DNA of 64,000 bases from Candidatus Saccharimonadales bacterium (GCA_025451045.1 JANWLD010000003.1:69690-133689), one strand, 5' to 3'; numbered from the stretch's first letter, positions 50,317-61,207 are shown. Translations and numbers: made by a program. The notes: a model not told the origin generated them from the letters alone.

Positions 50317-52056
50317 TTGCCGCCACCTAGAAATAATCAGGCTAAAGTTTCAATCAGCAATCTGAGATTTGATATGTTCTACGGATTGCTTATTTTAATT
50401 TTCGCGGTGTTTATCGTGCGGCTATTTTATGTTCAAGTCATCAAACATGAGGACTATAAACAAGCGGCGCTTAGCGGCCAGTTGAAGCAATATAGTATTC
50501 CGGCGGAACGCGGCATAATCGAGGCTTATTCGGGTAATAGCGTCGTACCGATTGTTTTGAACGAGGAAGTCTATACGCTTTTTGCTGATCCGGTGTACGT
50601 GGCGGACAAAAAAGCTGTCGCGGAACAACTGTCTAAGATAACAGGAGACAAAGCTAAAGATTATCTGGCTAAAATGAGCAAGGATACACGCTACGCGGTG
50701 CTAGCCAAGAAATTAGACAATAAGAAGAAAACCGCGATTGAGAAACTAAAATTCAAGGGCGTGGGACTGAGAACCGAATCCATCCGGGCCTACCCGCAAG
50801 GCGATCTCGCGGCCCAATTGCTGGGCTTTGTCAATGACGGCGGGCAGGGTACTTATGGCATCGAACAGTTTATGGATAGCCAGCTGGCCGGAACTCCGGG
50901 TGAGTTAAAGGCGATTACCGACATTAGGGGCGTACCGCTGGTTGCCAGTAAAGACAATGTCCTTAAAGACCCTGTTAACGGCCAAAAAATCCGCCTGACA
51001 ATTGAAATCGGCATGCAGAAAAAAGTTGAAGAATTGCTTAAAGAACACCTGCCAACCGTCAATTCCAAGTCCGGCAGCGCGATAGTGCTGGATCCGAATA
51101 ACGGGGCGATAAAGGCGATTGCTAATTATCCCAGCTATAATCCAAGCCGGTATTTCGACGTTAAAGACGCGGCGTTATTTACCAATCCGGCGGTCAGCTC
51201 GCCGCTGGAAGTCGGTTCGATAATGAAGACCTTGACGGTAGCTACCGGTCTGAACAGCGGAGCTATCAAAGTGAACCAAACATTCTATGACCCGGCCCAA
51301 TTCACGGTGGACGGCTATACAATCCATGACGTAGCCGAAGACGGCGGCGCCCAAACCCGTTCAATATCGGATATATTAAAATTTTCGCTTAATAGCGGCG
51401 CGACCTGGATAATGATGCAACTAGGCGGCGGCCAGATTAACGAAAAGGCTCGAAAGCTGGATTATGATTATTTGACTAACCATTATTTCTTCGGCCAAAA
51501 AACTGGAGTGGAACAAGGCTATGAAGCGCCCGGAGTAGTACCTGACCCAAGCGAGGGCTTCGGCCTTAATATAAAATACGCCAATATGGCTTTTGGCCAG
51601 GGCCTGACAGTAACGCCTTTACAGATGGCGGCGGCGTTCGCGGCGACCATAAACGGCGGCACTTACTATCAGCCGCATTTGGTGGATGACGGAAAGGGCG
51701 CGGCTTCAAAAATAAAAAAACAAAACATAATTAGCCCTAAAATCTCGGCCCAACTTCGGTCTTTGCACGAGAATAGCGTGAATACACATTACACCAGCTT
51801 GATACATCCCGGCTATAAAATCGGCGGCAAGACTGGTACGGCACAGATTGCCGGATCCAATGGCAAGTACCGCACGGACGTTTTTAACGGTACTTTTATC
51901 GGTTACATCGGCGGCGACAAACCGGCATACGTTATTATGATAAGAATCAACGAACCGCACGTCAGCTATTTTGCCGGGGCGGCCGCAGCGGCGCCTTTGT
52001 TCAAAAAAATATCAGACATGTTAATAGATAACTTCTCGATTCCAAGAGCCGATTAA
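50317..52056 (+). CDS. ftsI: class B penicillin-binding protein (FtsI-like)
   Basis: ERGII, RAYPQG, SIMK, SLN, KTGTAQ; dcw position. Confidence 0.85.
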   Translation: MPPPRNNQAKVSISNLRFDMFYGLLILIFAVFIVRLFYVQVIKHEDYKQAALSGQLKQYSIPAERGIIEAYSGNSVVPIVLNEEVYTLFADPVYVADKKAVAEQLSKITGDKAKDYLAKMSKDTRYAVLAKKLDNKKKTAIEKLKFKGVGLRTESIRAYPQGDLAAQLLGFVNDGGQGTYGIEQFMDSQLAGTPGELKAITDIRGVPLVASKDNVLKDPVNGQKIRLTIEIGMQKKVEELLKEHLPTVNSKSGSAIVLDPNNGAIKAIANYPSYNPSRYFDVKDAALFTNPAVSSPLEVGSIMKTLTVATGLNSGAIKVNQTFYDPAQFTVDGYTIHDVAEDGGAQTRSISDILKFSLNSGATWIMMQLGGGQINEKARKLDYDYLTNHYFFGQKTGVEQGYEAPGVVPDPSEGFGLNIKYANMAFGQGLTVTPLQMAAAFAATINGGTYYQPHLVDDGKGAASKIKKQNIISPKISAQLRSLHENSVNTHYTSLIHPGYKIGGKTGTAQIAGSNGKYRTDVFNGTFIGYIGGDKPAYVIMIRINEPHVSYFAGAAAAAPLFKKISDMLIDNFSIPRAD

Positions 52057-52126
52057 TCTATAATAAGAAAGTATTAATGCCAGATATGAAAACCAGAAAC
52101 AAAAATTTAAATAACAGGATCAACCA

Positions 52127-53173
52127 ATGAATGAAACTTTGCTGATATCACTGGACGGCAACCGGTTGCTGGAGATACTATTCATGGCTTTTGCCGGTTT
52201 CGCGCTAAGTATGATTCTAACCCCTGTTTATACCAACTTCGCTTATAAAAAGAAATGGTGGAAAAAACTAAGAAGCGATGCGACCACCGGGGAAAAAGCC
52301 AAGATTTTTACCAGTCTTCATGCTTCGAAGCATGCCCGTAATATACCGACAATGGCCGGCTTGATATTTTTGGTTTCGGTTACGGCCGTGACAATAGCGT
52401 TGAACCTATCACGCAGCCAGACCTGGTTGCCGCTGGCGGCTTTTTTGGGCGCAGGAATGGTTGGCCTGATTGACGACGTGGTTAATCTACGCGGCTCGGG
52501 TAATGGTACCGGCGGTTTGCCGGCCCGTCTCAAACTTGGGCTGATAACTTGCGTAGCGTTTATCGGCGGTATGTATTTCTATTACAAGCTGGATTATGCC
52601 AGCTTGCAGTTGCCGGGTATCGGTGACGTCAGTATCGGTGCTTTAATTGTCCCGCTGTTCGTGCTGGTGGTGGTTGCTACCGCCAACGCTGTAAATATCA
52701 GCGACGGTTTAGACGGTTTGGCCGGCGGCCTGACATCCTCAGCCTTTGGCGTTTATGCCATCATCGCCTTTATGCAGGGCCGTTTCGGTATCGCCGGTTT
52801 CTGCCTGACGATTGTCGGCGCATTACTCAGTTACACTTGGTTTAATATCTATCCGGCGCGTTTTTTCATGGGCGATGTCGGCTCGTTTGCGCTGGGTACG
52901 GCGCTGGGAGTGGTGGCAATGATTACCAATACGGTATTGCTACTACCGATTATTGGCGCCGTTTTTGTGGTAGAAGCCGGTTCTTCACTGATTCAGATAA
53001 TGTCTAAAAAACTGCGCGGTGGCAAAAAAATCTTCAAGATCGCGCCAATACATCATCATTTCGAAGCCTCCGGCTGGCCGGAAACCAAAGTAACAATGCG
53101 GTTTTGGATACTTGGCCAGATATCGGCTTTTGTCGGGCTGATGATATTTATAATCGGAAATTACCATGTTTAA
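52127..53173 (+). CDS. mraY: phospho-N-acetylmuramoyl-pentapeptide transferase
   Basis: PTMAG, NAVNISDGLDGL, FMGDVGS, APIHHHFE. Confidence 0.96.
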   Translation: MNETLLISLDGNRLLEILFMAFAGFALSMILTPVYTNFAYKKKWWKKLRSDATTGEKAKIFTSLHASKHARNIPTMAGLIFLVSVTAVTIALNLSRSQTWLPLAAFLGAGMVGLIDDVVNLRGSGNGTGGLPARLKLGLITCVAFIGGMYFYYKLDYASLQLPGIGDVSIGALIVPLFVLVVVATANAVNISDGLDGLAGGLTSSAFGVYAIIAFMQGRFGIAGFCLTIVGALLSYTWFNIYPARFFMGDVGSFALGTALGVVAMITNTVLLLPIIGAVFVVEAGSSLIQIMSKKLRGGKKIFKIAPIHHHFEASGWPETKVTMRFWILGQISAFVGLMIFIIGNYHV

Positions 53174-54455
53174 AAAAAGGCCCAGTCGCCGTAACTTTCC
53201 AACCAAGAGTCGTCGTCAGGGCAATATTTCAAGCGACGATTCGGCCGCTTTTCGCCGGCATAGGCCGGATTATTGGCTGTTGATTATCACGTTCTTCTTG
53301 ATGCTGATGGGTATTGTGGTGGTTTATTCAATCAGCCCCGGCCTAGCCGCGGCGCAAGGTATCAGCGAACATTATTATGTAACTAAACAGCTTATAGCGT
53401 TAGCTTTGGGGCTGGCCGGTTTTGTCTTTTTTAGCAACCTGCCCATCGCGGCAGTGAAGCGGATGACCAAATCGCTCATCTGGCTGTCAGTGCTGATGAT
53501 AGGCGCGGTGCAGATATTCGGGCAAGAGGCTAACGGTGCCTACCGTTGGGTACAGGTAGGCGGCTTTTCCTTTCAGGTAGCTGAACTGGTTAAGTTCGCG
53601 CTTGTTATCTGGCTGGCCGGTTTTTTGGTTGAACGTTTAAACCGGGGAGAGATGGAATCTACCAAAAAGACCCTGTATCCGCTGATAATAGCAGTCATGC
53701 TAATCGGCATTTTAATAGCGGGACTGGAGAGTGATTTGGGCTCAGCCGGGGTTATGATAGCAATAATCGCGGTAATGGGCTTTTCAGCCGGTTTGCCCCT
53801 GAAAAAAATCGGTATTATCGTCGGAATTATTACGCTTTTGGCGACTCTGGCGATTATGAGCACGCCTTATCGACGGGATAGACTGACTACTTTTTTGAAT
53901 CCAACCGCTGATTGCCAAGCCGAGGGTTATCAGTCTTGTCAGGCACTGATAGCGGTCGGTAGCGGCGGTGTCTTCGGGTTGGGACTGGCTAATGGCGTAC
54001 AGGAATACGGCTATCTTCCGGAAGCGGCCAACGATTCGATTTTCGCGATTTTAGGCGAGAAATTCGGTTTTGTCGGCACGACTATAGTCATTGGACTATA
54101 CGGTGTGCTGTTTGCCCGGATGCGGCGGATAATCCAGCGGACACCGGATTTGTTTTCGCGGCTGGCAGTTATCGGTATAGTGGCGTGGCTGAGCGTGCAA
54201 GCAGTTATCAATATCGGCGCTATGATAGGCGTTTTGCCGCTCAAAGGCATAACTTTGCCACTGGTCAGCTATGGCGGCACCAGCTTAGTATTCATTTTGG
54301 CGGCTATCGGCCTGGTTTTTCAGATTTCACGCTACACCAGTTATTCAACTCTTAGAAACGTTTCTTTAAAAGACAAGGAAGGGGGCACAAGTGAAAGTTC
54401 TCCTCGTAGGCGGGGGCAGCGGCGGCCATATTACGCCGCTTCTGGCAATCGCTAG
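53166..54455 (+). CDS. ftsW: SEDS peptidoglycan polymerase FtsW
   Basis: GAYRW, DLGS, YLPEAANDSIF, GITLPLVSYGG. Confidence 0.92.
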   Translation: MFKKRPSRRNFPTKSRRQGNISSDDSAAFRRHRPDYWLLIITFFLMLMGIVVVYSISPGLAAAQGISEHYYVTKQLIALALGLAGFVFFSNLPIAAVKRMTKSLIWLSVLMIGAVQIFGQEANGAYRWVQVGGFSFQVAELVKFALVIWLAGFLVERLNRGEMESTKKTLYPLIIAVMLIGILIAGLESDLGSAGVMIAIIAVMGFSAGLPLKKIGIIVGIITLLATLAIMSTPYRRDRLTTFLNPTADCQAEGYQSCQALIAVGSGGVFGLGLANGVQEYGYLPEAANDSIFAILGEKFGFVGTTIVIGLYGVLFARMRRIIQRTPDLFSRLAVIGIVAWLSVQAVINIGAMIGVLPLKGITLPLVSYGGTSLVFILAAIGLVFQISRYTSYSTLRNVSLKDKEGGTSESSPRRRGQRRPYYAASGNR

Positions 54456-55566
54456 CGAACTTAAACGCGAGCATCCGGCCTGCAAAATCACCATTATATC
54501 CGAGCGGATGGGTGTGTTTAACCATCTGTTTGACGATGCCGAAGAAGGCGATGTTGACGATGTTTACTATATTAATGCCGGCAAATACCGGCGATATCAC
54601 GGACAAGGACTGTTTGATAAGCTCTTTGATGTTAAAAGGGCGGCTTTGAACTTCCGCGATGTCTTCAAGCTGTTTATCGGTATTATTGAGAGTTTCTGGT
54701 TGCTGGTGCGTATCCGTCCGAACGTAGTTTTTATCAAAGGCGGCTATGTCGGCGTACCGGTTGGACTCGCCTGTCGGTTGCTAAAAATGCCTTACGTGAC
54801 TCACGACTCCGACGCGCTACCGGGCCTGACCAATCGGCTGATTGCCAAAAAAGCCAAAGCCAACGCCGTTGGCATGCCGGTAAAATACTACAACTATCCC
54901 AGAAACAAGATGGTTTATGTCGGTATTCCGGTGACTAAAGATTTTATCAATATATCTGCCGAAATCAGAAGTAAAAAACGACGTGAGCTTGAACTTCAAT
55001 CATCGGATTTCCTGTTACTTATTACCGGCGGAAGCAACGGCGCGCTTAGACTGGATAAACTGGTCCATGACTCGTTGCAGCCACTTTTAGAAAAGTATCC
55101 CAAGCTTAACATTGTCCATCAAGTCGGCAAGGAGAACGAAGAAGTTTACAGCGATTATCCGGCCCATCTGCACTCCAAACTGCGAATAGCCGCTTTTTTA
55201 AAACCTCTTTCTGCTTACATAGCGGCGGCTGATGCAGTAATTGCCCGGGCCGGCGCTACTTCGATAACAGAGGTAGCTTTGCAAGAAAAACCGCTGATTA
55301 TAGTACCGAACCCTTACCTTAGCGGGGGGCACCAGCTGAAAAACGCGCTTGTTTATGAAGAGAAAAAAACGGCTATCGTCATCCATGAACATCAAGCGCA
55401 AAAAGATCCGAAAGTATTGGCCGACGCCTTGGAACGGCTTATGACCAATCCACAGCTGAGCAAATCTTTAGCAGAAAACCTGCACGGCATGGCTCGGACC
55501 GATTCAGCCGAGAAAATAGCCGGGTTACTGATAAATATCGCCCATAAGAAAGGCCTGCGCAGTTGA
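54391..55566 (+). CDS. murG: MurG glycosyltransferase
   Basis: GGGSGGHITP, GGYV, GGSNGA, RAGATS, HQLKNA. Confidence 0.95.
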   Translation: MKVLLVGGGSGGHITPLLAIASELKREHPACKITIISERMGVFNHLFDDAEEGDVDDVYYINAGKYRRYHGQGLFDKLFDVKRAALNFRDVFKLFIGIIESFWLLVRIRPNVVFIKGGYVGVPVGLACRLLKMPYVTHDSDALPGLTNRLIAKKAKANAVGMPVKYYNYPRNKMVYVGIPVTKDFINISAEIRSKKRRELELQSSDFLLLITGGSNGALRLDKLVHDSLQPLLEKYPKLNIVHQVGKENEEVYSDYPAHLHSKLRIAAFLKPLSAYIAAADAVIARAGATSITEVALQEKPLIIVPNPYLSGGHQLKNALVYEEKKTAIVIHEHQAQKDPKVLADALERLMTNPQLSKSLAENLHGMARTDSAEKIAGLLINIAHKKGLRS

Positions 55567-56453
55567 GCCGGTTACTTGGACCAAGACGGGCGAGAATCCG
55601 CAAAGCCAATAAAAATAATAAACCGCGGGTCTTTAATTACAGTTCTTCCCAGGATTTGGATGCTAAAGCCTCAGGCAGTCCGGCAAAAGCTCCATCTGCT
55701 GGCTTGCAAAAGAAGATATCAGTGTTTGTGAATTATCTTATTGGAGCGGCCATTCTTGGCGGCGTGCTTTATATGTGCGTACTCAATCCGTCGGCGCAAA
55801 TAAAGGTAACAGGCGAGAAAGTTTATCCGAGGGAACGTAGTAGCTATGAACAAGGAGTAAACGACCGGCTGAAAGACTCCATTTTCTACCGCTTCAAGCC
55901 GACTTTTGACGGTGCTAAACTGACGGCGGCAATCAAGGCGGATTTTCCGGAGGTAAATGATGTTGACATCAGCATTTCACCATTCAGGCACCGGCCGATT
56001 ATTGAGTTAGGTTTGGCTAAACCGACAGCCAAGCTGGTTACAGCCGACAAAACTTATATTTTAGACGAAGAGGGCAGGGCTTTATTTGATGAGAAGTATG
56101 CTTCTGCCAGTCTTAACGAGGCCGCCCTTTTAACTATCAACGATGTTTCAGGGCAAAATATACAACTTGGCAAGCCGGCGCTTACCCAAGCCCAGATCAG
56201 CTTTATCAGGGAGGTTATCGGACAAACCAAGGCCAAGGGTTTGAATCCGCGTACATTTACGCTTTCCGGCGGCGGTACGGCTCTGGACGTGCGGTTTGAG
56301 GGATTGGATTTCTTCGTCAAATTCAGCTTTTATGCCGACCCGAAACAGAGCAGCGGGGCTTTTATAGCGCTTTACGAACAGCTTAAAAGAGATGGCAGCC
56401 TACCAAGACAATACATCGACTTGCGGGTTCCGGAAAAAGCCTTCGTTAAATAA
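55563..56453 (+). CDS. FtsQ/DivIB-like protein
   Basis: single TM, C-terminal YIDLRVP; follows murG. Confidence 0.75.
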   Translation: MSRLLGPRRARIRKANKNNKPRVFNYSSSQDLDAKASGSPAKAPSAGLQKKISVFVNYLIGAAILGGVLYMCVLNPSAQIKVTGEKVYPRERSSYEQGVNDRLKDSIFYRFKPTFDGAKLTAAIKADFPEVNDVDISISPFRHRPIIELGLAKPTAKLVTADKTYILDEEGRALFDEKYASASLNEAALLTINDVSGQNIQLGKPALTQAQISFIREVIGQTKAKGLNPRTFTLSGGGTALDVRFEGLDFFVKFSFYADPKQSSGAFIALYEQLKRDGSLPRQYIDLRVPEKAFVK

Positions 56454-56822
56454 TACTCCACTGCTCTTTCGTGTTCGTATTTTGTTCAGGTATAGCTATT
56501 TGCTTAGATTCTTAAAAAAATATATTTTTATATACAAATAATGAAAAGTCAAAAAAAGCAAAAAATCGGAAAAGGCAGGGGAGATTAAATAAAAAATATA
56601 CAAGGCGTGAAATAGCGTGAAAAATCAAATCCACTTGTGGAAAACTTTTAATATGGTCTTAATATATTTTCGGACACTAGGGACTGGTTAGTGGTTAGTA
56701 ATTAGTTGTTAGTAATTAGTGATTGATGGAGGAGCGATGCGCGGGAACGCATTAATGTTGCCGGAGCTGTAAATACTCCCCTAGCATAGGGGTATCGGAA
56801 CACATCTGACATAGATATATTA

Positions 56823-56850
56823 AAGTCGCAAAATATACATTGTGCGACGT
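56823..56850. other. dif-like Xer recombination site (putative terminus)
   Basis: 11-6-11 layout aagtcgcaaaa-tataca-ttgtgcgacgt; central hexamer equals E. coli dif TGTATA on the minus strand. Confidence 0.7.
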
Positions 56851-57047
56851 TATGTCTAACGCTCAGACTGGTGTTCTCTTGCCACTATCCTGCTTATGTT
56901 TTTCTTATTTTCCCTGTTTTTGGTTTTGAAATTTTTTGCTCCCCGCCACTCCGGATACCCCCGCCATAAAAATCCGCTTTTGTGCCACATACCCTTTTTT
57001 GTTTATTTTATGATGTTCGTATTTTGTTCAATATTCCTGAATATAAT

Positions 57048-57506
57048 TTAGAGGTCTTTCGGTAGACGGATAGTCGGTACCGGTGTTTCGCTATTTTCAG
57101 GCACATGAGCATAGACTTGAGTCGCGTAGCCTTCGCGGCCTTTCTTTTTCTTCCGGCCCACATCAATGATTGTTACAGGGTTTTCCAGGTCATGGCCTTC
57201 AATTTCAAAGTTTTCTAAAGTTTCTTCGCCGGCATAGTGTATTGCATATTCCGCGACGAATTCAGCGGTAGCTTCAACCCAAGGCTTTCCGTCTTTTGGT
57301 AGCCCTTCTTCGTTTAAATCTTCCGGCTTGGGATCTTCGACTACTGGCCTGTCTGACTCATTGGCCACATAAACTTCAAAATCCTCACGGTTGACACCGA
57401 ATTCTTTGGCCATAGCTTTGGCGGCCCACTTGGCAAACTTACGCTGTTTTTTACTAAGCTCTTTGAGTAGGGGGTCTTTTTCTGGTGCTTTTTCGTGTGA
57501 GGCCAT
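57048..57506 (-). CDS. hypothetical protein
   Basis: 152-aa acidic ORF downstream of the HTH gene. Confidence 0.6.
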   Translation of the reverse strand: MASHEKAPEKDPLLKELSKKQRKFAKWAAKAMAKEFGVNREDFEVYVANESDRPVVEDPKPEDLNEEGLPKDGKPWVEATAEFVAEYAIHYAGEETLENFEIEGHDLENPVTIIDVGRKKKKGREGYATQVYAHVPENSETPVPTIRLPKDL

Positions 57507-57523
57507 TTTGTCAATATCCTGTT

Positions 57524-58549
57524 TTACTCGGCTAAGGCGTAAGTGGCTTTGGCGGTACGCTTGAACTGCGGTTTGCCTTGAAGATTAAGCAAAATCGTAG
57601 TTTCTTTGACGTAGCGGCTTTTTAGCACGCGCTTGACGATTTCGTCGCGGTGCAAAGGGCCGTCGGCTTCTTGAAGGACTTCAGCGATTATGTCGGCAAC
57701 AGTTCCCTTTTTGTAACCCCATTCTTTGAGCGCGTAAATTCCCCGCCCGATCAAAACGAAACGACTATCTTTAATCAGCTCGTTATGGATGGCCTGAGTG
57801 GTGACATCTTTGCGCTTAAAGTCGGACCCTTTGATAGCATCGGCTATCTCGTTGAAATGCATGTGCCTGCCCTGCTCTTTTAAAATCACATAGATTTTGT
57901 CGCGGATATTCTTGGGGTTAACAGTCGGCCATTTGACCAGGCCCCACAGCCCATTAAGCGTGGCGAGGTGCTTGCTTGTGCTGGAAAGCGCTTCTACGTG
58001 CTTCGGATCGCTTTGCTCAACCTTTTCGGTAACTTTCTCTATTGGGCGGGGTTCGCCAAGTGATTTTATGGCGTCGATTATCTTGCTGACATATCCCTGC
58101 ACTGCTTTGTGGTCGTGGACTTCTTTGATAGCAATGGACTGGTGGAAATGGTCATTTTCAGGGACTACGCTTAATACCGGGCTTAATTCGGCAAAAAACG
58201 CTACGCGGGACTGGTCCAGCTTGTTGCTTGGCTTGCCGATAACGGCGTCTGTCAGGTTGCTGACGCGGGCAACATTGCCAATATCGAGCAGTTTGGCCTT
58301 CAGAGAGGCTTCTATATCGGAAAGTCCCGGTATATCACCTTTCTCCCCGTCGGCTTTCAGCCGCAAAAGTACTGATTTTTCCAGTTGTCGTACCCGTTCG
58401 CGGGTAATGCCCAGAAGTTCACCGATTTGCTCTAAAGTTTCCCTTCTATCAAAAAGACCGAAACGGCGCGCAATTATCTCACGTTCCCTGTCCCGTTCAA
58501 TAGTGGAAAGGATAGTTTTTACCTTTTGCTCAATGTCTTTCTCGGTCAT
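57524..58549 (-). CDS. sigma-70 region 4 HTH + winged-HTH (RNAP delta/HARE-like) protein
   Basis: RRFGL..ETLEQIGELLGITRERVRQLE; AIHNELI..RFVLIGRGIYALKEWG. Confidence 0.85.
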   Translation of the reverse strand: MTEKDIEQKVKTILSTIERDREREIIARRFGLFDRRETLEQIGELLGITRERVRQLEKSVLLRLKADGEKGDIPGLSDIEASLKAKLLDIGNVARVSNLTDAVIGKPSNKLDQSRVAFFAELSPVLSVVPENDHFHQSIAIKEVHDHKAVQGYVSKIIDAIKSLGEPRPIEKVTEKVEQSDPKHVEALSSTSKHLATLNGLWGLVKWPTVNPKNIRDKIYVILKEQGRHMHFNEIADAIKGSDFKRKDVTTQAIHNELIKDSRFVLIGRGIYALKEWGYKKGTVADIIAEVLQEADGPLHRDEIVKRVLKSRYVKETTILLNLQGKPQFKRTAKATYALAE

Positions 58550-58737
58550 TATTCTCTTCCCCGTGTAATCATTTATGCTTATTATATAACTTTAATTTTT
58601 AATAGTCAAGGATTATTGTTTTATAATATTACAACAACACTTTTCACCTCTTTTGTGAACATTAGTATAACACGCTAAACAAAATGTCCAAAATATACGT
58701 TAGCAGTATAAAGTAGCCTGCCTAAACAGTGGTGGCT

Positions 58738-61017
58738 TTACTTCTTGTTTCTTCTTTTTCCTCTGGCTGGAGCGGCTTCAATGAGCGATTTGGCCGCCTG
58801 TTCATCGATTTCTTCGGGTTTTGTGCCTTTTGGTATGCGGGCGTTCTTTTTCCCGTCAGTAATATATGGTCCGTAAGGGCCGCGGACTATCGCTAATTTA
58901 CCGCTGAACTTCTTGATATAACGATTGGCTTCGGTCTCTTTTTTGGCTTTATATAGTTCTCTGGCGGCGGTTTCGTCAATAGTCATCGGATCATGCGGTT
59001 TTATAGAAACAAAAGTCTTACCTACCTTTATATAAGGCCCGAACCGGCCGATATTGGCGGTGATCTCTTCCCCATCTTCGGTCTTGCCGACGACTCTTGG
59101 CAGATTGAACATTTCCAGGGCTTGCTCGAATGTAACATTGTTTATGGTGGTATCAGCTGGCAGCGGCGCGAAAACCGGCTTTTCTTCATCTTCGGCGTTG
59201 CCCTTTTGCAGCATCGGGCCATAGCGGCCAAAACGGGCAAAAATCGGCTTGCCGGTCTTTGGATCGGTGCCAAGTTCGCGGGCTTGGGCGGTTTCCTGCC
59301 GGCTAACGGTTTCGGATTTTTTAACCAGTGGCGCGAAATCTTTATAAAAGTCGGCTATCATCTTATGCCAGATGACATCGCCATCGGCTATCTTGTCAAA
59401 ATCGGCTTCGACGTGCGCTGTGAATTTGTAATCCAAAATTGGCGCGAAATGTCGTATCAAAAAGTCATTAGTCCTCTCAGCCAAGTGGGTCGGAACCAGT
59501 TTTTTCCGTTCTACCCCCGTATTTTCGGTGACGGAACCGCTTTTGATTTCCCCGCCCGAAAGTACAAGGGTCTTCAGCTCCCTTTCCTGGCCTTCGGAGT
59601 CGGTTTTTTCTACATAGCCGCGCGATTGGATGGTTGAGATGGTCGGCGCATAGGTGCTGGGCCGGCCGATACCGAGTTCTTCCAGCTTTTTTACCAATGA
59701 TGCTTCGGAGTAACGGCTAGGCGGCCGGTCAAAGGACTGGATGGCTTTCATTTCCTGTAGCTCTAAGCCGGCGCCGACTTTGATGTCGGGCAATATGGTG
59801 TCTTCCTTGCCGCCTCCCCAAACTTTGATAAAGCCGTCGAATTTGAGTACCTCGCCCTTGGCAATCAGCTTTTCCGGGCGGGTCGAAATATCGATGTTAA
59901 TCTGGGTCTTTTCCAGCTGGGCGGCGGCCATCTGACTGGCAATCGCCCGCTTCCAAATCAGCTGGTAGAGTTTTTCCTGCTGGTCATCATCACCGGCGGA
60001 TTCAACGCTGAAATCAGTCGGTCGGATGGCCTCGTGGGCTTCTTGGGCACTAGCATTCTTGGTCTTGTATTGCCGCGATTCGTGATAATCTTTCCCGAAT
60101 TTGCCTTCTATATATTTGCCAGCGGCGGCGATGGCTATGGTTGACAGGTTGGTGCTGTCGGTACGCATATAGGTAATCCGGCCGCTTTCGTACAGTCGTT
60201 GGGCTACCGACATGGTCTGGCGTACGCTGAAGCCGAGTTTTGTTGAGGCATCCTGCTGGAGGCTGCTGGTAGTGAATGGCGGGCTGGGGTTGCGAGTAGC
60301 GGATTTTTTGTCCGTACCGGCTACCTTATAATTAGCGTCTTTGCAGTCGCTTAAAAATCCTTTCGCTTCTTCTTCGTTTTCCAGCGGTTTTGGAAGTTCG
60401 GCTTTGATTTCGTGCCTATCTATACTAAAAGCCGCCTGCAGCTTGAAACTGGACTTTGGCTCGTGCGCGTCGATTTCCCGTTCGCGTTCAACTATTAAAC
60501 GTACGGCTACAGACTGGACCCGGCCGGCAGAAAGTCCAGCCTGAACCTTTTTCCAGAGTACTGGCGATAGTTCATAACCGACTATCCGGTCCAGTACACG
60601 TCTTGCCTGCTGGGCATCGACCAGCTTTTGGTCTACATTGCGCGGATTTTTGACAGCTTGTTCAATCGCCGGCTTGGTGATTTCGTGAAAGACAATACGT
60701 TTAGTGGCTTTGGGATCAAGTTTAAGCGCATAGCAAAGATGCCAAGCGATGGCTTCCCCTTCCCGGTCTTCATCGCTGGCCAGCCAGACTAAAGTATCTT
60801 TATCGATTGATTTTTTTAGCTCGGCGACAATTTTTTTCTTATCAGCCGGAATCTCGTATTCGGGAGTAAAGTCGTTCTCTATATCTACCGACAAACCTTT
60901 TTTTGGCAGGTCGCGTATGTGGCCGAAGCTGCTTTTTACGGTGTAATCCGAACCCAAATACCGTTCAATGGTTTTGGCTTTGGCCGGGCTTTCTACTATA
61001 ACTAAATTTTTGCTCAT
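58738..61017 (-). CDS. topA: DNA topoisomerase I
   Basis: IVESPAKAKTI, DEDREGE, SAGRVQS, ITYMRTD, GRFGPY C-terminal repeats. Confidence 0.98.
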   Translation of the reverse strand: MSKNLVIVESPAKAKTIERYLGSDYTVKSSFGHIRDLPKKGLSVDIENDFTPEYEIPADKKKIVAELKKSIDKDTLVWLASDEDREGEAIAWHLCYALKLDPKATKRIVFHEITKPAIEQAVKNPRNVDQKLVDAQQARRVLDRIVGYELSPVLWKKVQAGLSAGRVQSVAVRLIVEREREIDAHEPKSSFKLQAAFSIDRHEIKAELPKPLENEEEAKGFLSDCKDANYKVAGTDKKSATRNPSPPFTTSSLQQDASTKLGFSVRQTMSVAQRLYESGRITYMRTDSTNLSTIAIAAAGKYIEGKFGKDYHESRQYKTKNASAQEAHEAIRPTDFSVESAGDDDQQEKLYQLIWKRAIASQMAAAQLEKTQINIDISTRPEKLIAKGEVLKFDGFIKVWGGGKEDTILPDIKVGAGLELQEMKAIQSFDRPPSRYSEASLVKKLEELGIGRPSTYAPTISTIQSRGYVEKTDSEGQERELKTLVLSGGEIKSGSVTENTGVERKKLVPTHLAERTNDFLIRHFAPILDYKFTAHVEADFDKIADGDVIWHKMIADFYKDFAPLVKKSETVSRQETAQARELGTDPKTGKPIFARFGRYGPMLQKGNAEDEEKPVFAPLPADTTINNVTFEQALEMFNLPRVVGKTEDGEEITANIGRFGPYIKVGKTFVSIKPHDPMTIDETAARELYKAKKETEANRYIKKFSGKLAIVRGPYGPYITDGKKNARIPKGTKPEEIDEQAAKSLIEAAPARGKRRNKK

Positions 61018-61069
61018 ATATATAATGTGCCGTACCGCTCATGCTACTTGGCATGTCGTGCTTGGTCAA

Positions 61070-61160
61070 GCCCCGTAGTAGACTTTTGAGTTGGCTTCCT
61101 TTCAGGAAGCTAGCTTCCCGGCCACTTGGCCGAGAAGGTCTCAAAAGCTCACTACGGGGC
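61070..61160 (-). repeat. three-way-junction structured element, family B copy 1
   Basis: minus strand gtagtgagcttttgag...ctcaaaagtctactac, identical ends to 63308-63391. Confidence 0.8.
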
Positions 61161-61207
61161 AAGTTTCAAGACTAATTGGTTTCTTATATATATGCAAGAA
61201 AAATAAT

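Noticed and set aside
56636..56644. DnaA-box-like tgtggaaaa (also near 48014) suggesting oriC
   Set aside because: Isolated boxes; converging genes and the dif-like site indicate a terminus instead
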